DNA of 64,000 bases from a virus. Lineage: Duplodnaviria; Caudoviricetes. Shown here piece by piece: positions 30,901-40,104 of the stretch (positions are counted from its first letter, which is position 1; every line of letters begins with the position of its first letter). The notes below the pieces were generated by a model that was not told the DNA's origin, did not search any database, and worked only from the letters and a program-made list of their open reading frames with translations. The stretch lies in the IMG/VR virus record IMGVR_UViG_3300042567_001420. One strand, given 5' to 3'. The position numbers and the translations under genes are program-made.

Positions 30901-33900
30901 AGGTTGCCATTAGTCTCAAGTACATTAGCCGTATAGAGGTTATTCCATATATTCGACGTAATCGATTTTGTAGTAACATTTGAGTTTGATGCAAGAGCTT
31001 GAACTGATAATGCGCCACCTGCACCAGATGTAATCCTTGTAGAACCAAGTGTTATTGAGAACCCAGATAGATATAGATCTTTCCATTTTTTATCTGGCGC
31101 GCCTAAATCATGCGCTTCATCTGTATCAGGAACAAGATTTGTATTAATAGATGCAAATCTGTCAGTAACATTTGCAAAAACTCTTGTGTTCGTGTAGTAT
31201 AAATTGTTTAATTCTGCAACATTGGCAGTAGTTAAATCAACTACATTAGCTTTTAATCTTAAATTAGGTTCAACTTGAGCGTTGACTCTTGCATTCGTGT
31301 AGTATAAATTATTTAATTCTACAACATTTGCAGTAGTTAACTTTGGATCAACATGCGAGTCAACTCTTGCATTCGTGTAGTATAAATTATTTAATTCTAC
31401 AACATTTGCAGTAGTTAACTTTGGATTAACATAAGATTCAACTCTTACATTGGTATAATATAGGTTGGTTAGTTCAACAATATTTGCAGTAGTTAAATCA
31501 ACTACATTGGCTTTTAAAGCTAAATTAGATTCAACTTGAGCATTGACTCTGGCATTGGTATAATATAAGTTTGATCCTTCAGCAAGATTACTTGTTGTAA
31601 AATTACTAATTGATAATACTGTATTTGCTACAGTCGCTGTATTAGCATTTGATGCTGAAACAGAAGTTGGAATCCAAGCTGTCCCATTCCAACCCAATGC
31701 TTGTCCTGCAGATGGAGGAGTTGTTAATGTATCAACATCTGCAAGAACATTAATACTAGCAAGTGTTAAATTAGAAAATACTCTGGCATTGGTATAGTAA
31801 AGATATTGAGGTCTCTCAACTACAGTTATTGTACCTACCATTGAACCATGGATTTGACATATGTAATAATATGTTCCAGGAGCAATACCTGCAGTATCCC
31901 AGACTACCGTACCGATTGCAGCACCGTTATTGGTTACACCGGTAGTTACTGCGGATCCTGTGCCAGTTACTGGGGCAGTCTTTATCCAAAACGGGTGACC
32001 AGATGCATTAACAGTAAATGTTAAAACAGTCCCAGCTTCAACTGTAATAGCTATATTATTTCCAGAACTGTACCCTGTAAACACATAGGCACTGGAACCA
32101 GAAGCAGATACCCCATATGTTCTATTTGTTAAAGTGGCAAAACTTTCTATAACATTGGCCGTGGTTAAATCTACTACATTGGCTTTTAAAGCTAAATTAG
32201 ATTCTACTTGTGCATTGACTCTTGCATTGGTATAATATAAATTACCGGCAGTTTCTATAACATTAGCAGTTGTTAAATCTGTAACATTGGCTTTTAATCT
32301 TAAATTGGATTCTACTTGCGCATTGACTCTTGCATTTGTGTAATATAAATTACTTGCAGATTCTTGCACATTAGCAGTGGTTAAATCTACTACATTAGCC
32401 TTTAATGCTAAATTTCCAGTAATAGCAGAATATACTCTTGCATTGGTAAAGTATAAATTTGTACCTTCTGCTAAATTAGCAGTTGTAAAATTACTTAATG
32501 ATAATACTGTATTTGCAACATTAGCAGTGATTGAGCTTTGTACAATACCAATAACGGTGTTTGCAATATTAGCAGAGAGTGAGGTTGAAACAACGTTAAT
32601 AACGGTGTTTGCAATATTAGCATATTCCGCGGAAGGAATATTAACACTGTTTGCTTCCCAAAATGAACCATTCCAGTAAAGAACTTGTCCTATTGCGGGA
32701 TTATTTGCGTTAACATCCGCAAATACGTTAAGGTTTGCTAAACTTAAATTGGCATATACTCTTGCATTGGTAAAGTATAAACTTGAACCTTCTGTTAAAT
32801 TAGCAGTTGTAAAATTACTTAATGATAATACTGTATTTGCAACATTTGCAGATGCAGCTGTATTAGCAGAATCAATGGTGCCGGAGAAAGTGGTTGCAGA
32901 AATTACGTTAGGTATCCACTTTACTCCATTCCAAACTAATGCATAACCAGTTTGAGGCGCAATCGTTACTGTATCAACGTCAACAAGAGCATCAATACTT
33001 GCCAATCTTAAATTAGCGTGAACTCTTGCATTTGAATAATATAAGTTAACTGCACCTTCAGGAATACTATCCGAATTAGGAATAATGTTACCAAGATTAA
33101 TATTACTTAATGCTAATACGTTAGCTCTAATAGAACCAGTAGTTGCATTGTAAATTAAAGTATTATCAGGAACGCTAATAGCAGCTCTTGCTCTAGCATT
33201 TGTAAAGTATAATTTTTGACCTTCTGGAATATCGTCAGAAGTGCCAGAGAATGAAGTCTGTAATCCTGGATTAGAACCAACTAAAATCCAAGCATTACCA
33301 GAATACATTAAGAATGCAGAATCGCCCGCTTTTCTTAATTCAATTGCCAAGTTATTTTGAATGTTACTAGATATTACGAACTGTCCGCCACCCGTAGATA
33401 CTAAGTTAATAACCTTTAATTGACCGTCTACACCTTTAGGTATATCTAAATAATTTCTACCGCCTTGGTCAATACTAACATTAGCAGGAGTAAATTCAAC
33501 TGTTGCCCCCGCATTACCAGGATTTCCAGTTCTAACTACACCCGGAGTATATTCTAGACCAAGAGTATTTGTTCCATCAATAGATGTCGAAAGTCCAATT
33601 ATATTACCAGCATTTGTAGGGTGGCTAACGTCAAAGGTATATGCCGAACCCTTGACAAAATACAATCCATCATTAAACGGTCTTAAACCAGTTGTACCAA
33701 CCCAACTTTCCGGAGCATGATTTAATGTACCTGTTGCATTTGCACCAAGTGACAAATTGATCTTGCCATTTACATGCTGGACATAAATGGTCTTGAAGAA
33801 TGGAGTACCATTTGCAAATTGTAAACCTCTACCGGAGGCAGATACGCCCTCAGTATACAAATAGATAGTGGAAGGCAGTACCGAGCCATTTGCAATGGCT

Positions 33901-34148
33901 GTAGTATCGGCAGATACACCGCCGAATAAATCGGTTCTAGTTGTGGTAATACTGACGGTGCCAATCCCTGTTAAGGATTGGACAGGTCCGCCAAAAAAGA
34001 TATTACCTGATAATGTAGGATCTGTGATTGAAGAAAAGAGTGTTCCTGCTGAAACATTCTTGCTAGAATCATCTTGTACTAATAAGAATAGGTCGTTCTT
34101 ATTAACTACATTGGCCGATACCAGATCCGATATTTTTACATCTGCCAT
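27954..34148 (-). CDS. Long tail-fibre protein (2064 aa) with two cupredoxin-like inserts
   Basis: N-terminal MADVKISDL anchor, LYYTNARV repeats, LVPDTDEAHDLGAPDKKWKDLYLS motif, two GHPFWIK...YYYICQ(I/F)HGSM domains. Confidence 0.8.
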   Translation of the reverse strand: MADVKISDLVSANVVNKNDLFLLVQDDSSKNVSAGTLFSSITDPTLSGNIFFGGPVQSLTGIGTVSITTTRTDLFGGVSADTTAIANGSVLPSTIYLYTEGVSASGRGLQFANGTPFFKTIYVQHVNGKINLSLGANATGTLNHAPESWVGTTGLRPFNDGLYFVKGSAYTFDVSHPTNAGNIIGLSTSIDGTNTLGLEYTPGVVRTGNPGNAGATVEFTPANVSIDQGGRNYLDIPKGVDGQLKVINLVSTGGGQFVISSNIQNNLAIELRKAGDSAFLMYSGNAWILVGSNPGLQTSFSGTSDDIPEGQKLYFTNARARAAISVPDNTLIYNATTGSIRANVLALSNINLGNIIPNSDSIPEGAVNLYYSNARVHANLRLASIDALVDVDTVTIAPQTGYALVWNGVKWIPNVISATTFSGTIDSANTAASANVANTVLSLSNFTTANLTEGSSLYFTNARVYANLSLANLNVFADVNANNPAIGQVLYWNGSFWEANSVNIPSAEYANIANTVINVVSTSLSANIANTVIGIVQSSITANVANTVLSLSNFTTANLAEGTNLYFTNARVYSAITGNLALKANVVDLTTANVQESASNLYYTNARVNAQVESNLRLKANVTDLTTANVIETAGNLYYTNARVNAQVESNLALKANVVDLTTANVIESFATLTNRTYGVSASGSSAYVFTGYSSGNNIAITVEAGTVLTFTVNASGHPFWIKTAPVTGTGSAVTTGVTNNGAAIGTVVWDTAGIAPGTYYYICQIHGSMVGTITVVERPQYLYYTNARVFSNLTLASINVLADVDTLTTPPSAGQALGWNGTAWIPTSVSASNANTATVANTVLSISNFTTSNLAEGSNLYYTNARVNAQVESNLALKANVVDLTTANIVELTNLYYTNVRVESYVNPKLTTANVVELNNLYYTNARVDSHVDPKLTTANVVELNNLYYTNARVNAQVEPNLRLKANVVDLTTANVAELNNLYYTNTRVFANVTDRFASINTNLVPDTDEAHDLGAPDKKWKDLYLSGFSITLGSTRITSGAGGALSVQALASNSNVTTKSITSNIWNNLYTANVLETNGNLYYTNARVRSTLSNGTGVYYDNTTGVISIGQNVDTISNVTFNNMTLTGNLNVVGNVVGFYANTLIITDPLIQLGYGNPSDSIDLGLIGHYNDGTQKLAGIFRDATDKKFKFFDNLPGDPNAATVDTTNAGFRLANVVATTYEGNVVGNVTGFVSTISNFSTTNLVEGTQLYYTNARVDSHVDPKLTTANVVELNNLYYTNARVNAQVESNLALKANVVDLTTANVVELNNLYYTNARVISNVAQMSINVFADVDISGIGNNGILIWNGTSFVAGAPSTATEANFANVAGTANVALVTNFANVAETANVANTVLTLSNFTTSNLTEGNNLYYSNARVLSNVAQMSINVFADVDISGIANTGILIWNGTAFVAGATPPATSANFANVSETANVALVAAISNIALVANFANVSGTANVANTVLSISNFTTSNLVEGNNLYYTNARVYSNVISSLPSYTGNVGAGNVTIGSGTGGSIIGANLISANNISATNWQGLYSANVIESQSALYYSNARVLSNVAQMSINVFADVDITGITNTGILIWNGTSFVAGATPPATSANFANVAETANVALVANFANVAGTANVAGTANVANTVLSISNFTTSNLAEGTNLYYTNARVNAQVAPNLVLKANVTDLTTANVIESLSTLTDRTYGVTASGSSAYVFTGYSSGNNIAITAEAGTVLTFNVNASGHPFWIKTVATTGTGSAVTTGVTNNGAQIGTVVWDTAGIAPGTYYYICQFHGSMVGTITIIERPHYLYYTNARVNAQVESNLRLKANVTDLTTANVVELNNLYYTNARVNAQIAPNLALKANVVDLTTANVVELNNLYYSNARVLSNVAQMSINVFADVDISNIQPNDTLVWDGTKFIKANAGQSNAIVANITTTGNVEITRFSTSTYSTAKYVYTAKGTSAGYTGKYNSGELLVMHDDTSSFITQYAMLSNDNNLDLLSFQVDINTGNVIIYGNVSDPAIQVTVKLTGATYTEK
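28644..28973 (-). repeat. 330-bp duplicated cupredoxin-like domain, copy 2
   Basis: Near-identical in DNA and protein to 31803-32132. Confidence 0.85.
31803..32132 (-). repeat. 330-bp duplicated cupredoxin-like domain, copy 1
   Basis: Near-identical to 28644-28973. Confidence 0.85.
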
Positions 34149-34191
34149 TACTGTCCCTGTTAGTTAAAACTTAAAATAATATATTTAGATT

Positions 34192-34737
34192 TTAGCTATT
34201 TGGCAATATAGTGTTATCGTTAGCATCACCTTGCAATACACCTGTGGCATTAGCATTAAAGTTCTTTGAACTTGCTACTAATACTTCAACTTTGTTTCTT
34301 GTTGCGCCCTGAGTGGTAGTATATGTTTTATATGAAACCCAACCTGGTTGGCTAAACCCGTTTGCTTTATTACCAGCAACACCAACTTCAGTACGGTCAA
34401 CACCGTATACGTTGGCCTTATTGGTTGTGTTAGGACCACGACCAGAAGCCATTGTAGTGCCACGCCCATTTGTTGTAATCCATTTTGGATCTTCTTGAAT
34501 AGCAATATTGGCAGCTGCTACATTTGCGCCACGATATGCGGTATCAAGAATAATTGTAGTATTTGAACTAATAGTTTCAATTCTATAGTCCACGTTTGCA
34601 ATTACCAATGAATACCCCGCTTGAAAGCCATTCGCAGCAGTAACTGCAGCAGTGCTTGTAACAACTGTTGTGCTACCTAAATTAGCGCGTGCTGTTGCGC
34701 CAACTTCTCTTCTATCTAATTTTCCCCATGCTGACAT
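34192..34737 (-). CDS. Hypothetical virion protein
   Basis: 181 aa, SD GGAG, late promoter at 34758-34765. Confidence 0.7.
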   Translation of the reverse strand: MSAWGKLDRREVGATARANLGSTTVVTSTAAVTAANGFQAGYSLVIANVDYRIETISSNTTIILDTAYRGANVAAANIAIQEDPKWITTNGRGTTMASGRGPNTTNKANVYGVDRTEVGVAGNKANGFSQPGWVSYKTYTTTQGATRNKVEVLVASSKNFNANATGVLQGDANDNTILPNS

Positions 34738-34757
34738 TTTGTGTCTCCTATTTTAAT

Positions 34758-34765
34758 TATTTATA
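34758..34765 (-). promoter_or_regulatory. T4-type late promoter TATAAATA
   Basis: Exact consensus in the intergenic gap. Confidence 0.7.
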
Positions 34766-34784
34766 ATAGCATTTTAGATGCGTA

Positions 34785-35882
34785 TTACTCTTTATCTTTT
34801 TTGGTTGTGCCTGGCATTGATTCCATGCGACGAACCGATCCATGGTGAATATATTTCTTACGTCCACCTTCCTTATCAGTCACAACATACTCAGCATAAG
34901 GTTGTCCGTTTTTAGTACTAAACTTATCGTTTGATACTGTGTTGCCCGCCTTGCGGTGAGCAGCTAACTTATCTTCAATTTCCATTCTGGTGAATGATTC
35001 AATAATCACATCTTCATAATTTTCTGCATATGCTTCTTCAGCAATAGCTACTATTTCCTGTTGAATAGATTCTTCATCTGTTCTAACAATAGATTGAACT
35101 GCTCTTAAGAAGTCACCATATGTAGGATTATCAGTAATTTCGATTGTAAAGTCATTATGCTTAACAATAGTTTCTGAAATTCCTTCTTCAACCGATTCTC
35201 TTTTAATACCTGCGGCATTAAGAGCAGCCGCTCTGTCGCCATAAGATTTAATATCAGGTGCAGCTTTTTTAATTGCTTTCTTAACTGTAGGCGATGCGCT
35301 GCTTTTGTTAACTTGCTTCATTGTAACAGTTCCAGCATTGCCCATAGTTCCTTCTTTAACTGCTTTTTGTTTTTTGCCTGCGCGAAGCATTTCAAAATCT
35401 TTAGCAGTTAATTTATCTTTCTCTGGCTCATGTACATCTAATACTTGTTGATTGGGGTGCAGTTTCTTTTCTTCAATTGATTCTGCATCTGCTTCAGCAT
35501 GTTCATGCATCTTGCCCTTTTTAACTTTAACTGCTTCTGTTTGTACTTTGCGAACACCGTCAGCAAATTGTACTGTGTACCAAGCAATATTGCCATTCTC
35601 ATCTGGGTCAGCATGTGCTTCTGAAATGCACTCGCCTTCGCCATACAAATCGTGTTCAACGTGTGTTGCACAGAAGTGAGCAGCATCTACTCTGCCTTCT
35701 TTGACAGTTGCAGTAATTTTATCTCTACGATTCTTTAAATAAGTATCGCTTTGATCAATTTTTTTATTGTTGTTGATGTCTGCGTCTTCTTTACCAACTG
35801 CATCCATTTTTGCTTCTTGAACTGGAGTTGGGTGTGTAATTTGTCTGATTGATTCAAACAATTCATTTGTAATTCTTGTCAT
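34785..35882 (-). CDS. Charged hypothetical protein, probable internal head protein
   Basis: DAVGKEDADINNNKKIDQSDTYLKNRR motif; repeated (I/V)xE-(G/A) sites resembling gp21 protease sites. Confidence 0.55.
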   Translation of the reverse strand: MTRITNELFESIRQITHPTPVQEAKMDAVGKEDADINNNKKIDQSDTYLKNRRDKITATVKEGRVDAAHFCATHVEHDLYGEGECISEAHADPDENGNIAWYTVQFADGVRKVQTEAVKVKKGKMHEHAEADAESIEEKKLHPNQQVLDVHEPEKDKLTAKDFEMLRAGKKQKAVKEGTMGNAGTVTMKQVNKSSASPTVKKAIKKAAPDIKSYGDRAAALNAAGIKRESVEEGISETIVKHNDFTIEITDNPTYGDFLRAVQSIVRTDEESIQQEIVAIAEEAYAENYEDVIIESFTRMEIEDKLAAHRKAGNTVSNDKFSTKNGQPYAEYVVTDKEGGRKKYIHHGSVRRMESMPGTTKKDKE

Positions 35883-35929
35883 TCTAGGTCCTTTAATGAA
35901 TTCTATTTATTATTTATGGCTAACCGAAA

Positions 35930-36382
35930 TCATTTCTTTTTGCCAGCTAATCTTGATCGCTCTAAACTTCTAATCTTAGGAATCATTCTTACGACGAGTC
36001 CTTTTTGTCCTGCTAAAATATTAGATGCTTGTTTTTCAATTCTGTCTTTTTCAGCAGCAGATAATTGTTTTTTATCTCTGCCTTTTAAAAGTTTTCTAAT
36101 TACCATTTGTCTTGCAGCAACTTTTGATCTACGATTAATAACATCTGTAGATGATGCTCGTCTTAATTTTAATCTGCGAGCTTGTCCGACTGCCGTTTTT
36201 CTGGATTTAAATTTTTGCGATTTTTGCATTCTTGCTGTTGCAGAAAGAGCTTCATCTAATCCATTTTCAAATTCGTCATCTGCATATAGATGCTCGATGT
36301 CTTCCCATTGTAGTTCTTCCACAATAGAATCTAATTCTTCTTCCGTTATATCGGTACTTAAAAATTCTTGAAAAGTAATCAT
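35930..36382 (-). CDS. Hypothetical protein with capsid-targeting-like N-terminus
   Basis: Start reassigned to MITFQEFL (ATGA overlap with the dps stop); acidic N-half, basic C-half after LDEA. Confidence 0.65.
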   Translation of the reverse strand: MITFQEFLSTDITEEELDSIVEELQWEDIEHLYADDEFENGLDEALSATARMQKSQKFKSRKTAVGQARRLKLRRASSTDVINRRSKVAARQMVIRKLLKGRDKKQLSAAEKDRIEKQASNILAGQKGLVVRMIPKIRSLERSRLAGKKK

Positions 36383-36813
36383 TTTAGTGTTGCTTTTAGC
36401 ATCCAAGCATGTTTCTGATGAGCAGTAATTCTATCTTGCAAGAAATTTGCCAAACCTAATTCTGATGCATTGTCTGCATCTCTATAAGAAAGCATTAATG
36501 AAGCAAGTACCATGCTGTTTGTGTCCATTAAACTTTTAATCATTTGTAACGCTGGCATTACAGTTTCTTCTTCAGATACAACTGTAAGGTCTAGAAGTTG
36601 TTTTAATGATGTAGGTGTATATGCATCAATTTGTCGAATCTGTTCACCTAGCAAATCTATAGATCCATATACTTCTTCATAGATATCACCTAACAAATCG
36701 TGATACTGCGAAAAATCAGGTCCCTCTACATTCCAATGAAATGTATGAGCCTTGAAGTACATTGTAAACACATCTGCCAATGTCTTTTGTAAAGATAATT
36801 GCAACGATTCCAT
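36379..36813 (-). CDS. dps: Dps/ferritin-like DNA-protection protein
   Basis: KAHTFHWNVEGPDFSQYHDLLGDIYEE...HQKHAWML Dps signature. Confidence 0.9.
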   Translation of the reverse strand: MESLQLSLQKTLADVFTMYFKAHTFHWNVEGPDFSQYHDLLGDIYEEVYGSIDLLGEQIRQIDAYTPTSLKQLLDLTVVSEEETVMPALQMIKSLMDTNSMVLASLMLSYRDADNASELGLANFLQDRITAHQKHAWMLKATLK

Positions 36814-36814
36814 A

Positions 36815-38761
36815 TTATTCTGCCTGACTAGCTTTCTTCATCATTTTATATGCGGATGACTTTTGTCCTGCAATCTTTGCCTGTGCTGCATGGACTTCTT
36901 GTCTATCAGCATCATGATATGTCTTAAATGCTTGATTAGCGGGATCTTGTATAAAGGATTTAAATGATACCATTCCAACTGGTTTGTCTGGATGACCTTG
37001 ACCAGCAATGGGTTTATCTATGCCATGAAATACATCTTTGTTGTCTGTAAAGTTGACATCTCTCTCACTTGCTTCTTTGAGTTTCATTTTGTTTTCCTCA
37101 TCTTTATCTTTTTGACTCTGTCTAATTGAAGATAAAGTCTTTGGTTGTTCTTTAGTAGAAGTATCTATCATTTTAGCACGATGCTTAACGTATTTTACTT
37201 TGCCTGTTATTGGATCTTTGCTTGGAACATATTCAAAATCTGCAGACGCAACATCTTCTTCTACTCCCCTTGCACCAATAACTGTTACTGTTGAGCCTGG
37301 ATCATTTGCATATGTGCCATCTCTATGCATATTAAGGTCGGACATGGTTTTCAAATGTGTTTGCATATACAGTAAATCCTTATCTGCAACACCTAATACA
37401 TTCATTGTATCGTGTGCAATAGCAAACTTCATATTAAAGTCATGAATCATTTGATCATCCGCAAAGCCTTTGGCTTTTGCTTCCTTTTCAATTTCAAGAT
37501 ATTGATCTGTTGCCATAATTGCTTGCAGAACATATTTCTTTGGAAGTTGGACTCTGGTAATTAATTCTTTTAATTGAGCAGATGCACCTGGGCACGTATG
37601 AAGAAATGATGTGGTATAACCATCGAATGTAAGTTCCATTCTACTGTTGCTCATCTCAGCCAATTGTTCTTTGGATAGGAACAATGCAGGAATTTGTTTT
37701 CCTTCAACATAAGCAGGCTTATATGCGCCGTTGTATTTAATTTTTTCTTTTTCCTGAGGTCCGTCAGAAAATTTCTTGAAGTTTTGTAACTTCGAAGTCT
37801 TAGATAATTTGGGGCGTAGATCAACGTGTAGTCCTGTGCCTGCTTTTTCGCCAAATATTTCTTGTATATCTTTTAGCCAGTGTTTAGATGTATCGCCGCT
37901 TTTTTGTTGTATCGTAACGTATGAAGATCCTCTGTATACGATCTCGCCCCGTGTTCCGTTAGTTGATTCAACTATATCGCCTAATTTAAAAATCTCGCCT
38001 GCTATGTAAGACTCTCTTACTGGCACGCACATTCCTTTATCTTTGCTGAATACTTCACCAACGGGACAAACAATCTTCATTTCAGGAGTCATACCGATGG
38101 CATGGTCTGTGCCTTCTGGTGTGCCCCAATCAAATCTATTTGGATTTTCGTAATCTTCTTTAACCGCTTTGATGTGGTTGACAATTTCCTCCGCATGAGG
38201 ATGTAATGCCTTAGGAAGACCAGATTTAAATTGCTTCATTTCGCCTGCTCTGGCATGAGCACGCATCTTAGTTCCGGACATTCCCTCTACGCCTTCTGCG
38301 TCAGGGTCTCTTTGTCCTGCAGAAACTACTTTAATTGATTTAAAATTGTAGTGGCCGTGTTTACCGGCAACATTATTATACTTGTTTAATGTCTTGTGAT
38401 ACTCATCCACACGATCAGAACCAGCAACCATAACCAAATGTTTATATCCTTGACTATGTATTTTAGATGCAGCGTGAAGGAAAGTAGGAGATTCTTTAGA
38501 AGCACCTGATACTTTGGTGCCTTCTGGTGCCACGTGTTTTAGATATCCTACCTTGGCCTTGGCGGGAACAGGATCTTTTGATGTACCTTCAGAATGAGAT
38601 GCAACAATATGTGCAGTAGCATTGTGCTCATCCGCAACAGATTTGACTTTATTAATGAGTTTTTCGTGTCCAACGGTAGGCGGATTGAATCGCCCAAAGG
38701 CAAAAGCTGCTGTTTTTTCAGGCGCTTCTGTGATGAATTGTTTAAAGTCCATGTGGTCCAT
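36815..38761 (-). CDS. HIGH-superfamily nucleotidyltransferase (phage cytidyltransferase-like) with long C-terminal extension
   Basis: FGRFNPPTVGHEKL, MVAGSDRV, MSGTKMR; the second Met (38752) gives MDFKQFITEA. Confidence 0.8.
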   Translation of the reverse strand: MDHMDFKQFITEAPEKTAAFAFGRFNPPTVGHEKLINKVKSVADEHNATAHIVASHSEGTSKDPVPAKAKVGYLKHVAPEGTKVSGASKESPTFLHAASKIHSQGYKHLVMVAGSDRVDEYHKTLNKYNNVAGKHGHYNFKSIKVVSAGQRDPDAEGVEGMSGTKMRAHARAGEMKQFKSGLPKALHPHAEEIVNHIKAVKEDYENPNRFDWGTPEGTDHAIGMTPEMKIVCPVGEVFSKDKGMCVPVRESYIAGEIFKLGDIVESTNGTRGEIVYRGSSYVTIQQKSGDTSKHWLKDIQEIFGEKAGTGLHVDLRPKLSKTSKLQNFKKFSDGPQEKEKIKYNGAYKPAYVEGKQIPALFLSKEQLAEMSNSRMELTFDGYTTSFLHTCPGASAQLKELITRVQLPKKYVLQAIMATDQYLEIEKEAKAKGFADDQMIHDFNMKFAIAHDTMNVLGVADKDLLYMQTHLKTMSDLNMHRDGTYANDPGSTVTVIGARGVEEDVASADFEYVPSKDPITGKVKYVKHRAKMIDTSTKEQPKTLSSIRQSQKDKDEENKMKLKEASERDVNFTDNKDVFHGIDKPIAGQGHPDKPVGMVSFKSFIQDPANQAFKTYHDADRQEVHAAQAKIAGQKSSAYKMMKKASQAE

Positions 38762-38781
38762 TAGAATATAGTTGATACTTA

Positions 38782-38880
38782 TTATTTATAAAATAAGGAT
38801 GTTTGGTTTATAGGAGGTATCGGATAAGGATGTTTTGGTTTAGGGGGATTTTTTTTAGGTTTGTGTTTGAACCAGCTCAT
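38782..38880 (-). CDS. 32-aa Pro/Lys-rich small ORF (not in the ORF track)
   Basis: MSWFKHKPKKNPPKPKHPYPIPPINQTSLFYK*, strong SD GGAGG 4 nt before ATG. Confidence 0.55.
   Translation of the reverse strand: MSWFKHKPKKNPPKPKHPYPIPPINQTSLFYK
38783..38790 (-). promoter_or_regulatory. T4-type late promoter TATAAATA
   Basis: Exact consensus upstream of 36815-38761. Confidence 0.7.
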
Positions 38881-38973
38881 GTTGCCTCCGTTTTATCCAA
38901 AGTTAACCAAAAGTTATAGACAATCTATTGACATGATGTTATTATATGCTATGAGGCTCAGTGATAAGAAGCA

Positions 38974-39663
38974 TTAACAATTCCACTTTCTCAGTGCTTT
39001 GTTGATTCTTGAATCAGGGTCTCTAGCAGTCTCTGCAGATGTCAATCGCTTCTTCATTCCACCCATACGAGCACAAAAAGATTTTCTTCTATTAGCTGCT
39101 TTGCTTCCTGGCTTTAATTTAGATGGTTTAGTAGTTACGGCCATTTGTAACTTTGAACCGGGATTTTCTCTACGATATGAAGCAACACCCTTAGCATTTA
39201 ATCCGCCTTCAGGATTCTTACCCTCTTTGCGTTGCCAAGCAGCGACTTCAAATAGGTCTTCATCTGAAATATCTTTAAGGTCTTCCCAAATCACATCCGA
39301 ATCAACATTGTTTTCTTTTGCAATATCTTCGATCACATCTTCAATTAGATCAAACAGTTCTTCGGCTTCTTCAACTTTAACGCAATCATCTTTGCCGTTT
39401 GTTGTACCACTGTAACGATATCCATCCCAGCATGCTTTACCGTCGGCACCCTTGGCTTTGTCTTTTTTGGCTTCTGCCACGGTTTCTGACGCATTTTTAA
39501 AGTCTTGTTTGGATGGCGCGCCATCACTTCCAGGTGCACGCATACGTTCTCCGGATCCAGATTTGATTCGTTTGCGTTTTGCGTGAATGTTATCCCATAA
39601 CCCGGGACGATTGCCTTCGTCAATGGATTGAATTTCTTCTATTAGTTGTTTAAATGTTTTCAT
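38974..39663 (-). CDS. Basic hypothetical protein (DUF6321-like) with capsid-targeting-like N-terminus
   Basis: MKTFKQLIEE; GKNPEGGLNAKG...RRKSFCARM...SRINKALRKWNC. Confidence 0.7.
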   Translation of the reverse strand: MKTFKQLIEEIQSIDEGNRPGLWDNIHAKRKRIKSGSGERMRAPGSDGAPSKQDFKNASETVAEAKKDKAKGADGKACWDGYRYSGTTNGKDDCVKVEEAEELFDLIEDVIEDIAKENNVDSDVIWEDLKDISDEDLFEVAAWQRKEGKNPEGGLNAKGVASYRRENPGSKLQMAVTTKPSKLKPGSKAANRRKSFCARMGGMKKRLTSAETARDPDSRINKALRKWNC

Positions 39664-39669
39664 TTTAAT

Positions 39670-40104
39670 TTACTTTGTAGCTACATTAATTGCAGGACCT
39701 TTGCGTTCTGCATTAGGATCTTCTCTGCGTTTTCTTGCGGCGGCTTTGGCGCGCCCTTCTTTTCCCAAACTATGCGCTTGACTTTGCGGTAAACATTTTG
39801 GTTTACCTTCAGTATCATCTTCTCTCGCACAATCTCCTCGTATTTTACCATCAGGTCCAAAACGAACCCATTTGTCTTTAAACCATTTGTTTAAATTTTC
39901 ATCTACTTGTACGGTAGTATCTGCGATTGTATCTTCATTTTTACTAGAATTTCCCCAATTTGCCGCACCAACTTTGCGGCATTTAACTAACGCTCCGCTA
40001 GCATATGCCGAAGGCCAAACGCTATAGCGGCTTTTGACTTTATAATAGCAAGCATCTTTATTTTCATAAAGCAATTCTTCTCTTACTTGTTTAAATGTTT
40101 TCAT
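39670..40104 (-). CDS. Basic hypothetical protein with capsid-targeting-like N-terminus
   Basis: MKTFKQVREE; DACYYKVKSRYSVWPSAYASGALVKCRK. Confidence 0.7.
   Translation of the reverse strand: MKTFKQVREELLYENKDACYYKVKSRYSVWPSAYASGALVKCRKVGAANWGNSSKNEDTIADTTVQVDENLNKWFKDKWVRFGPDGKIRGDCAREDDTEGKPKCLPQSQAHSLGKEGRAKAAARKRREDPNAERKGPAINVATK

Noticed and set aside
24331-31440. Regularly spaced direct repeats resembling a CRISPR array
   Set aside because: The repeats are in-frame protein repeats and the intervening sequences are also repeated; there are no cas genes.
11315-33964. Many plus-strand ORFs (60-200 aa) within the giant fibre, RCC1 and Gly-rich genes
   Set aside because: They are antisense shadows of repetitive low-complexity coding sequence: no SD, repetitive mirror translations, no recognisable motifs.
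38928-38955. Plus-strand TTGACA as a real promoter
   Set aside because: The -10 match is poor and there is no downstream plus-strand gene; noted only as a possible antisense start.
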